Assembly: GCA_964641255.1 (NCBI GenBank)
Contig: CAZXMM010000001.1
Span: 332,302 to 396,301, forward strand
Reading direction: 5' to 3'
DNA: 64,000 nucleotides
DNA from: an uncultured Gammaproteobacteria bacterium
GTDB lineage: Bacteria > Patescibacteriota > Microgenomatia > JAMCZE01
In this document: one piece after another, positions 56,457 through 64,000 of the stretch
How positions within the stretch are numbered: position 1 is the stretch's first letter
How the letters are laid out: every line of letters begins with the position of its first letter
Position numbers and translations under genes: made by a program
Notes under the pieces: model-generated
Databases searched by the model: none
What the model saw: the letters and a program-made list of their open reading frames with translations, nothing else
What the model was told of the DNA's origin: nothing

Positions 56457-57683
56457 ATGCCAAAAAGCGAGTCTAAACTACCCCTCCTTGTTGCTGGTCT
56501 AATCCTTTATCTGTTAGCCACTGGGGCTTCATATGCTTTCTTTGCTTTCGTTAGTCCCAAAACCCAACCAGCGAATGTAAGCTCCAATCAGGATGGGAAA
56601 AAGACGGGGGAATTTACCGCTCCACAGAAAAAATATGCTAATTTGCCTCGGACAGAGCAGTGTCCCCTAAATGGGGCTAAATATTCCGTTCCGGAACGGG
56701 AGATCTGGGAAAAACGTCGTCCTTTGGGGGTAATGGTGGAGAACCCTAAAGCGGCTAGACCCCAGTCCGGGTTGTCAGCTGCAGATGTGGTCTATGAGGC
56801 AATAGCCGAGGGTGGTATTACTCGGTTTCTCGCAGTCTATTATTGCCAGGATGCTGATTTTGTTGGGCCGGTTCGCTCTGCCCGCACTTATTATCTTGAT
56901 TGGATTTCAGAATACGGCGTTTCTCCACTGTATGCTCATGTGGGGGGAGCTAATACTCCCGGGCCAGCCGATGCCTTAGGACAGATTGAGCGCTATGGCT
57001 GGGGTGGGTTTAATGATCTAAACCAATTCAGCATCGGCTTTCCTACTTTTATTCGTGACTATGATCGGTTGGGGCCAGATACTCCAACGGAGCATACTGT
57101 TTATGCAAGTACCGCCAAACTGTGGGATTTTGCAGCCAAAAAGCGTAGTCTTACTAATGTTGAGATTGATGACCGGACCAAAAAGGAAATTGCTTGGGAC
57201 CAAACATTTATTCCTTACAAATTTAAAGAAGACGCGACACTAGCAGATCGCCCGAGTGGGATCAGCGCTCAATTTGCACTATCTGGTGGACAGACTGCTT
57301 ATGCCAGTGATTACATAGTAAAATGGCAATACGACCGTGCTAGTAACTCTTACCTGCGTTTTAACGGAGGGGAAGCCCACAAAGATCTAAATACCAATCA
57401 GCAGCTGGTTGCGAAAAATATTGCCCTTCTTTTTATGCCGATGACAATAGCAGACGATGGTTATAGTGAGGAGGGACATGGGGCTCATACGTTATACAAC
57501 AACAAGGGCAGTGGCAAGGCCAAGTTTTTAATTGACGGTCAAGTTATTGATGGCACTTGGGCAAAAAAAACCCGGACCGACAAGACGAAGTTTTTTGACA
57601 GCAAGGGGATCGAGCTAGCGCTAAACAGAGGTCCGATCTGGATTGAAATTTTACCTATCAACCAAGCTGTCACTATCGAATAG
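56457..57683 (+). CDS. DUF3048-like (YerB-like) secreted/lipoprotein
   Basis: TM/signal then RPLGVMVENPKAARPQSGLSAADVVYEAIAEGGITRFLAVYY resembling DUF3048 family; start moved to internal ATG 56457. Confidence 0.5.
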   Translation: MPKSESKLPLLVAGLILYLLATGASYAFFAFVSPKTQPANVSSNQDGKKTGEFTAPQKKYANLPRTEQCPLNGAKYSVPEREIWEKRRPLGVMVENPKAARPQSGLSAADVVYEAIAEGGITRFLAVYYCQDADFVGPVRSARTYYLDWISEYGVSPLYAHVGGANTPGPADALGQIERYGWGGFNDLNQFSIGFPTFIRDYDRLGPDTPTEHTVYASTAKLWDFAAKKRSLTNVEIDDRTKKEIAWDQTFIPYKFKEDATLADRPSGISAQFALSGGQTAYASDYIVKWQYDRASNSYLRFNGGEAHKDLNTNQQLVAKNIALLFMPMTIADDGYSEEGHGAHTLYNNKGSGKAKFLIDGQVIDGTWAKKTRTDKTKFFDSKGIELALNRGPIWIEILPINQAVTIE

Positions 57684-57731
57684 TTAGTAACTAAAACCAG
57701 TTAGCATTAATTCTGTCTGCCCGAACAGTCT

Positions 57732-58313
57732 ATGTTACACGATTTAATCATCTCTCGGGTGCGAGTCAAGCTCCTCCACCTTTTTTTGGGAACGCCAGGG
57801 CAAATTATCCATGTCCGGGAGTTGGTTCGGCAGACCAAAGAGGAAATTAATGCTGTCAGACGGGAACTGCTCCACATGGAGTCGGCGGGGATGGTTAATA
57901 AAGAACGTCGCGCCAATCGGCTGTATTATTCTTTTCGTAAGGACTACCCCCTGTACTACGACTTACTCGAGCTGATCGCAAAGACCACGGGATTGGGGGG
58001 CGCCATTCTTAAAAATCGTAATAAACTGGGTCGGATTAAGTTCGCGATGCTTTCTGGCAAATATGCTCGTAACCTGGCTGGATCAGGAGAAAAGGTGGAT
58101 CTTTTAATTGTGGGAACAGTGGTGGTACCAGAAATTGCTGCTCTAGTTAGAGAAGAGGAGCTCAGGAGAGGTCGAGAGATATTTTTTACTCCAATGACCG
58201 AAGAAGAATTTGCTTTTCGAAAGATGAAAAAAGACCCTTTTACTATGGGGATTCTTGAAGGCGGACGAATTATGGTTATTGGGGATGAAGAAGAACTGAT
58301 CTCCTTAAGTTAA
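57732..58313 (+). CDS. hypothetical protein with N-terminal wHTH-like segment
   Basis: ORF; weak HTH-like pattern. Confidence 0.35.
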   Translation: MLHDLIISRVRVKLLHLFLGTPGQIIHVRELVRQTKEEINAVRRELLHMESAGMVNKERRANRLYYSFRKDYPLYYDLLELIAKTTGLGGAILKNRNKLGRIKFAMLSGKYARNLAGSGEKVDLLIVGTVVVPEIAALVREEELRRGREIFFTPMTEEEFAFRKMKKDPFTMGILEGGRIMVIGDEEELISLS

Positions 58314-58326
58314 TAGCTAACAGTTC

Positions 58327-59676
58327 ATGCGACGTTTTTTGCTTTGGTTTATAATTCTAGTGACAGTTTTAGCTGTCTATGTTGATCTGCCATCTCAACT
58401 GCCCCGCCTGAATTTTACAATCGGGAACATTACAGTAAATCAGCAGCTGACCCGACCCCCACTGGATGTCAATTTTTTAGGAGTGCGCTTTTATCGTGAC
58501 CTTGAAATTAAAGAAGGTCTCGATCTTGCTGGGGGAACCCAACTTACTTTAGAAGCTGATATGAGTAAGGTTTTGGACAAAGATAAAGACCGGGCTCTTG
58601 AATCACTGCAAAGTATCATTGAACGGCGAGTCAATCTCTACGGAGTCTCAGAGCCGGTAGTGCAAACGACAAAAGTAAGCGGGAGCTATCGAGTTATTGT
58701 CGAACTGGCAGGGGTGACAAATGTTGAGGAGGCAGTCAACTTACTGGGCCAGACAGCCGCTCTCACTTTTAGAGAAGAAATTGCCCTGGCTAGCGAAGCC
58801 GCAGAGATTTCTTCTGCCTCGGCTCAACTATTTGGTCCGTTCCAAAAAGTTACCGAACTCACCGGTAAAGATCTCCAGCGGGCAGAGCCAGCATTTGATC
58901 CTAGTAGCGGCCGACCCACCATCCAGCTCACTTTTACAAGCGAGGGGGCACAAAAGTTTGAAGCCATCACTACAAGAAATATTGGTAAACAGCTGGCAAT
59001 CTTTCTTGATAACCAGATGCTGATGGCGCCCACAGTGCAAACGGCCATTGCTGGCGGGCAAGCTGTGGTTAGTGGGGGGTTTACCGCTCTTCAAACCAAA
59101 GAAATGGCAATACTTCTTAATTCCGGGGCGCTTCCAGCCCCCGTGCATATTTTAGAACAACGCACCATTGGAGCTACTCTGGGACAGGACTCTGTGAATA
59201 GAAGTCTTGTGGCAGGATTCGTGGGGTTACTTATTGTAGCCCTTTTTATGATTGGTAATTATGGGAAGTTAGGGATAGTTGCTGATTTAGCACTTATTCT
59301 CTATGCCCTTCTAGTTTTAGCTATCTTTAAGCTGCTTCCGGTAACGTTAACACTCTCCGGCATTGCCGGGTTTATTCTTTCCATTGGTATGGCTGTGGAT
59401 GCAAATATTCTAATTTTTGAGCGGATGAAGGAGGAGATTCGCTGGGGAAGAAGCAGAAAGTCAGCGATCGATCTTGGCTTCTCAAGAGCTTTTCCGTCAA
59501 TTAGAGATTCCAACGCCAGTAGTCTCATCACCTGCGCCATTCTCTACTGGTTTGGGACCGGACCGGTCAGGGGGTTTGCTGTTACACTAGCTATTGGTAT
59601 CTTAGTATCGCTCTTTACAGCTATTACTGTTACAAGAATGTTACTTCGTCTTATGGAAAGGACAAATCATGATTAA
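58327..59676 (+). CDS. secD: protein translocase subunit SecD
   Basis: N-terminal TM, large periplasmic domain, C-terminal 5 TM with conserved SecD motifs; followed by secF with overlap. Confidence 0.9.
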   Translation: MRRFLLWFIILVTVLAVYVDLPSQLPRLNFTIGNITVNQQLTRPPLDVNFLGVRFYRDLEIKEGLDLAGGTQLTLEADMSKVLDKDKDRALESLQSIIERRVNLYGVSEPVVQTTKVSGSYRVIVELAGVTNVEEAVNLLGQTAALTFREEIALASEAAEISSASAQLFGPFQKVTELTGKDLQRAEPAFDPSSGRPTIQLTFTSEGAQKFEAITTRNIGKQLAIFLDNQMLMAPTVQTAIAGGQAVVSGGFTALQTKEMAILLNSGALPAPVHILEQRTIGATLGQDSVNRSLVAGFVGLLIVALFMIGNYGKLGIVADLALILYALLVLAIFKLLPVTLTLSGIAGFILSIGMAVDANILIFERMKEEIRWGRSRKSAIDLGFSRAFPSIRDSNASSLITCAILYWFGTGPVRGFAVTLAIGILVSLFTAITVTRMLLRLMERTNHD

Positions 59677-60586
59677 TGTACTGAAATACAAATGGGTTTT
59701 CTTTGCTATCTCGTTATTGGTGATCCTGCCCGGTATCGCGTCTCTCGCACTGTTTGGTCTCCGTTTGTCAATTGATTTTACCGGAGGAACTCTACTGGAG
59801 ATCCAAAACGTGGCGATTAAGGAAAGTAGTGACATTGACAGGATAAAAGCAGTAATGAAGGAGTCCGACGTGACAGTAGCGAGTGTGGTATTTGCTGGGA
59901 ATAATACCTATGTGTTTCGGATTAGTGAAATGAATACGGAAAAGAAAAACATAGTTTTTACCAAGATAAACGCCTTGTATCCTAGTACAAAAGAACTGAG
60001 ATTTGAAAATGTGGGTCCAGTAATCGGAAAAGAGCTTACAATTAAAGCGATTCAGTCAGTAGCTGTAGCCTCGGTTGCCATTATCCTTTATATAGCTTAT
60101 GCCTTCCGACAAATACCTAAGCCGTATTCGGCCTGGAAATTTGGCATTGTCGCGCTCGTTGCCTTAGTGCACGATGTTATCGTGGTAATTGGACTGTTCT
60201 CTCTTCTGGGGCATTTCTTTGGAGTCGAAATTGACGCCCTCTTTGTTACGGCGCTTCTTACAGTTATTGGCTTTAGTGTTCACGATACTATCGTGGTCTT
60301 TGATCGGATCAGAGAAAATCTACAAAAGTCTGTGGGAAAAATCTCTTTCTCTAATGTTGTTAATGAGTCGATCGTTCAGACCCTGGACCGGTCGCTCATG
60401 ACCTCGCTTACAGTACTCTTCACTCTTCTGGCCCTGATTCTTTTTGGAGGGGAATCAATCCGCTACTTTGTGGTAGCTCTGTTTGTAGGCGTCTTTTCGG
60501 GAACCTATTCCTCAATCTTTAACGCCGCCCCCCTTCTTGCTATTTGGGAAGAGAGATCAGTACGGAAAAACCATTCGGAAATCTAG
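59669..60586 (+). CDS. secF: protein translocase subunit SecF
   Basis: SecF architecture and motifs (LSIDFTGGT...). Confidence 0.9.
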   Translation: MINVLKYKWVFFAISLLVILPGIASLALFGLRLSIDFTGGTLLEIQNVAIKESSDIDRIKAVMKESDVTVASVVFAGNNTYVFRISEMNTEKKNIVFTKINALYPSTKELRFENVGPVIGKELTIKAIQSVAVASVAIILYIAYAFRQIPKPYSAWKFGIVALVALVHDVIVVIGLFSLLGHFFGVEIDALFVTALLTVIGFSVHDTIVVFDRIRENLQKSVGKISFSNVVNESIVQTLDRSLMTSLTVLFTLLALILFGGESIRYFVVALFVGVFSGTYSSIFNAAPLLAIWEERSVRKNHSEI

Positions 60587-60633
60587 TTAGTTCTAGCGAA
60601 GAAGAGAATGCCTCCAATTAGAAGAGCCTAGTC

Positions 60634-61230
60634 TTAATTCTGGTTAAGAAATTTTTCGGGAATCTCACCATTTTGTTCAAGAATCAGCTTGTGTCTTGCC
60701 TCAAAGGCCCTTTTTACTTCGGGTAACACTATTTTTCTCTCCCAGTCGGTAATTGCTTTATGAATATTTCCTGCCATTAAGTCAGCAAGGGGTTTCTCGT
60801 GAAATTCTTGAAGATATACCGCGAAAAAAGGTCCTACTAGGTGAGCAGCCCCATCGGCTGATGATACAATTTTGACTTCTATGGGCGCTTTTTTTAGGTC
60901 TAGTGTAAGTTTACTGTCCACCATTTGGATATACTCCAAGGCTTTAATAGCAAATTTTTCATCAAATCCTAATTTCAGAAGAAATTCCAGGCCACTTTTT
61001 TGAGTCATTTCATATTGTTTGTCATAATTTAGTATTTTGCCATAATCATGTAGCCAGACCATCGTTTGGACGAGGTCTTTGTCCGAGTCGGCATAAATTT
61101 CGCAAAGCTCCGAAGAAATTTTTTCGACTATTGCTAGATGATATTTTACAAACCAGGGATGATGAATAAAGCGAATATCTTTGGAAAGTTCTATGATCTG
61201 TGATTTTAGGCTGTCAATGGGACTTTTCAT
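60634..61230 (-). CDS. HD domain phosphohydrolase
   Basis: H...HD (VWLHDYGKI) ... D motifs; start set to ATG overlapping cupin stop (ATGA). Confidence 0.6.
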   Translation of the reverse strand: MKSPIDSLKSQIIELSKDIRFIHHPWFVKYHLAIVEKISSELCEIYADSDKDLVQTMVWLHDYGKILNYDKQYEMTQKSGLEFLLKLGFDEKFAIKALEYIQMVDSKLTLDLKKAPIEVKIVSSADGAAHLVGPFFAVYLQEFHEKPLADLMAGNIHKAITDWERKIVLPEVKRAFEARHKLILEQNGEIPEKFLNQN

Positions 61231-61601
61231 GATAGGAAATGATCTTCTATCGTCCATCCAGGTTTTGATACACATTTTATCCAGGCTGACTTTGCTTCGA
61301 CCCAATGGACGATGTTTGGTCCAATCGTGATTTTATCACCAGTTCTGAGAATTTGCTTTCCATTCCCAAGGTGCATTACAAGTTCTCCCTTTAGCACTTC
61401 GTACTCCTCTTTGATAACTTTGTGATAGTGGGGAATGGAATTTTCTATCACAGCAATGGCAAGGCTGTAGTTTGGGTGTTTTGATGTCGGTTCAACTTCG
61501 CAAATTATTTCTCTCGTGATACCACCACTGTCCTTGTTTTCAAAGATTGATTTTTCCGGATACAATCTCTTCAGATTATTGATAATAAGATTCACCTTCA
61601 T
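61227..61601 (-). CDS. cupin domain protein
   Basis: cupin two-motif pattern (H.H....E.Y.VL.G ... G..I...P...H); start overlaps cca stop (ATGA). Confidence 0.5.
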   Translation of the reverse strand: MKVNLIINNLKRLYPEKSIFENKDSGGITREIICEVEPTSKHPNYSLAIAVIENSIPHYHKVIKEEYEVLKGELVMHLGNGKQILRTGDKITIGPNIVHWVEAKSAWIKCVSKPGWTIEDHFLS

Positions 61602-62950
61602 AATGAGCCAAGTTGTTTAATGCGATCAACAAGATACTCTCGATCATTTTTGGCGGGATCTTCGGTGATTTCTTCAAAAAGTTTATTAAGAATTTCTCCA
61701 ATTTTTGGCCCTGGAGCTATGCCTAAGACTTCCATTATGTCCTTTCCGTTGACCTTTAAGTCTCTAACCGAGGGGGTGTGTTTTTGCACCTCAATGATGC
61801 GCTCCTTAAATCTTTCCAGTCTCCAGCTACTAGCTTTTGCTCCGGACCCCAGTCTGTCTCCAATCCGGATATCAAGCATGTCACCCGTGTTTTCGGGTCC
61901 AATTCTTCGAATAAAACGTCTGACCGCTGCGTCACTGATTAACTCAGAAACACTAAACATGTGCCACCTCACGAGGATAAATAGTTTGTCTCTTTGTTCC
62001 TTAGAAAAGTGCAGTCTGTTGGCAATATCTTTAGCAATGCGCGACCCCACTACCTCGTGATTGTAAAAGGTTGGTTTGCCCCCTCGGATAACATAGGTAG
62101 TGGGCTTTCCAATATCATGAATGAGTGCGGCAAAGCGCACGAGCCAATTAGGGTTTTTACAAAACCTCAAGGAATTTACACTGTGGGTGTAAACATCACT
62201 AATGTGATGCCCTGGTTGTTTCATTCCTACTCCCGCAGTAAGTTCGGGGATGATAAGATCGAGGAGGCCAGTATTGTAAAGGAGTTGGATGCCGTCAGCG
62301 GGATAGTTAGAAGCCAGAATTTTAATCAGTTCGTCGCGGATCCGCTCTGAGGAAATATTTTTTAGCCCGTCAACACTTCTTTTCATTGCTGTCCAGGTGT
62401 CTTCTTCAATTTGGAAGGCAAGTTGACTAGCCAAACGCACCGCTCTCATAAGACGAAGGGCATCCTCGCTAAACCGGTCGTTGGGATTGCCCACCGCTCT
62501 AATAAGTTTGGCATTAATATCTTTCTGCCCATCGTACAAATCAAGCAGAACCGGCTTGTTGCCATCAAGAGTGAGTGCGAGAGCATTAATAGTAAAATCT
62601 CGTCTAGCTAGATCCTCTTCCACAGTTTTTGCCCATTTCACGCTACTGGGGTGGCGTCCATCAAAATAGCTGCTTTCTTTGCGAAAAGGAGTAACTTCGT
62701 AAATTTCCTCGGTCTCTCCTAAGTCATTTTTAATCTTAATCCCAACGGTACCATAGTCATTTTCGTAAAAGCTTTCGGGAAAAATTTTTTGAATCTCTTC
62801 TGGGGTAGCGTTCGTGGTAAAATCCCAATCAGGAGACTCTCTGCCAAGGATTAAGTCGCGCACAGACCCTCCTACCACGTAAGCACTAAAACCAGCGTTT
62901 TGCAGCTCTTGGATTATTTTCTTAGGACGATCAGGAATGCGGATCATCAT
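61598..62950 (-). CDS. cca: CCA-adding tRNA nucleotidyltransferase (polbeta NTase + HD domain)
   Basis: GGSVRD NTase motif, head/neck/body domains, C-terminal HD domain (LIHDIGK). Confidence 0.85.
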   Translation of the reverse strand: MMIRIPDRPKKIIQELQNAGFSAYVVGGSVRDLILGRESPDWDFTTNATPEEIQKIFPESFYENDYGTVGIKIKNDLGETEEIYEVTPFRKESSYFDGRHPSSVKWAKTVEEDLARRDFTINALALTLDGNKPVLLDLYDGQKDINAKLIRAVGNPNDRFSEDALRLMRAVRLASQLAFQIEEDTWTAMKRSVDGLKNISSERIRDELIKILASNYPADGIQLLYNTGLLDLIIPELTAGVGMKQPGHHISDVYTHSVNSLRFCKNPNWLVRFAALIHDIGKPTTYVIRGGKPTFYNHEVVGSRIAKDIANRLHFSKEQRDKLFILVRWHMFSVSELISDAAVRRFIRRIGPENTGDMLDIRIGDRLGSGAKASSWRLERFKERIIEVQKHTPSVRDLKVNGKDIMEVLGIAPGPKIGEILNKLFEEITEDPAKNDREYLVDRIKQLGSL

Positions 62951-62961
62951 AGCTCGATTTT

Positions 62962-64000
62962 AACATGAAATGGAATCTCCTAACTGACCCATCGGCCCAA
63001 ATCAAATCAAGTGAGGAGCTTGTTACCGCTCTTCTTAAAAATCGCGGACTTATTACTGAGAATACAAAAAATGAGTTCCTCACTCCCACTAACCCGCACT
63101 CTATTACCCTTCGTGATATAGGTATCGCTAAACTACCACTAGGAAAGGCGCTTAAAAGGGTACGTGGGGCGATTAAAGTGAGCGAACCCATTGTTGTTTA
63201 CGGTGATTATGATGCCGATGGGATCTGTGCCACGACTATTCTTTATGAATCACTTCGTGATTTGGGAGCTACGGTTATGCCCTTTATTCCTTTAAGAGAG
63301 AAAGAGGGCTACGGATTGTCAAAAGAGGGGATAGACACCATTGTAGCTGAGGAAAAATATAAATTTACTACCGGTAAAGGAGCAAATGGGCTTCTAATAG
63401 TTGTTGACAGTGGGATTGTGGCAAATGAGGCAATAAGTTATGCGAACAAACTGGGATTTGATGTTTTGGTTCTTGATCATCATGAGAAGGGAAAAAAGGT
63501 TCCTAAGGCATTGGCCATAGTGCACACTAAAGAATTATGCGCCGCGGGAATTAGCTTTTTCTTTGTCAAAGAGCTTTTGGGGGTAGATCATCCACGGGTG
63601 CGTCAGTATCTGGAACTGGCAGCAATAGCCACGATTACAGACTTGATGCCCCTACTTGGAGTCAATCGGTCAATAGTTAAGTGGGGGCTAGAACTACTCA
63701 ACAAAACGGAGCGCTTGGGCCTTCGGGCTCTTTTATCAGTAGCCGGAATAGAGCGGGTGGGTACTTATGAAGTGGGTTATCTTATTGGCCCGAGACTAAA
63801 TGCTTCCGGAAGAATCGAAAGCGCCTTAACAGCCCTGCGGATGCTGTGTACGTCGGACTTTAACAAAGCCCTTGAGTATGCGAGGCAGCTTAATGATACT
63901 AATAAGCAGCGCCAAGGAATGACTGAGGAGATGACATTTCATGCCTTCTCTGAATTAGCCGAAGGTGAAATCTATACGAGAAAAATTATCGTCATTGATC
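62962..64000 (+). CDS. recJ: single-stranded-DNA-specific exonuclease RecJ (3' truncated by window edge), not in ORF track
   Basis: Manual translation MKWNLLTDP...; DHH motifs VVYGDYDADGI, VVDSG, VLDHHE; runs off window end. Confidence 0.8.

Noticed and set aside
1-64000. CRISPR arrays, rRNA genes, integrases/transposases, prophage genes
   Set aside because: No direct-repeat/spacer periodicity seen in any intergenic region; no recombinase-like ORFs; the NUDIX/TA stretch next to tRNA-Gln lacks an integrase or flanking direct repeats.
1-64000. UGA (or other stop) reassignment
   Set aside because: TGA, TAA and TAG all terminate well-conserved genes at expected positions (e.g. PH-domain gene ends TGA, lon TAA, secA TAG), and prfB (RF2, reads UGA) is present; the in-frame TAA in the wHTH-Nudix gene is therefore treated as a pseudogene or error rather than recoding.

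Overview
This 64 kb window is a gene-dense stretch of a small bacterial chromosome. It has roughly 42-45% GC, tight or overlapping gene junctions, many short ATGA/TGATG start-stop overlaps, and many membrane-anchored or secreted proteins. By inference only, it resembles a Candidate Phyla Radiation/Patescibacteria-type or similarly reduced Gram-positive-like organism; I have no database confirmation of that. TGA is used as an ordinary stop codon.

Recognisable housekeeping content:
- Translation and tRNA: miaA (5' partial), gltX, lysS (carrying a C-terminal HD domain), serS, prfB, cca, dus, a tRNA-Gln(CUG) and a tRNA-Glu(CUC).
- Protein export and quality control: lon, secA, secD, secF.
- Division and envelope: ftsE/ftsX followed by an EnvC-like M23 protein, ddl, an L,D-transpeptidase, an acyltransferase-3 family protein and a GT39/ArnT-like glycosyltransferase.
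- Other: greA, recJ (3' partial), a two-component pair (standalone receiver plus GAF/PAS histidine kinase), a Phd/YefM-RelE toxin-antitoxin pair, an ABC exporter, and a compact RNase P RNA that the ORF track mis-reads as two ORFs.

No CRISPR array, rRNA, integrase or transposase is visible.

Leads worth follow-up, most interesting first:
1. LysRS fused to a YqeK-like HD phosphohydrolase domain, with a standalone paralog of that HD domain immediately downstream. This is a candidate coupled Ap4A-producing/Ap4A-hydrolysing module.
2. A collinear minus-strand cluster in which two CDA-fold deaminase paralogs flank a Mesh1/SpoT-like small alarmone hydrolase and a UBP-type zinc-finger protein, next to dus, a methyltransferase and an MBL-fold hydrolase.
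3. A wHTH-Nudix gene (domain order inverted relative to NrtR) split by a single in-frame TAA placed exactly in the Nudix box.
4. An apparently circularly permuted M23/LytM domain in the FtsEX-associated EnvC-like protein.
5. Two tandem Ddl-like ATP-grasp ligases followed by a spermidine-synthase-fold methyltransferase-like gene.
6. A palindromic operator inside the toxin-antitoxin promoter, with a probable leaderless antitoxin mRNA.
7. A promoter-to-terminator leader upstream of greA that resembles the E. coli GraL attenuator.

Coordinates of tRNAs, RNase P RNA, promoters, terminators and the two sub-60-aa ORFs were read by hand and checked against flanking ORF-track anchors.
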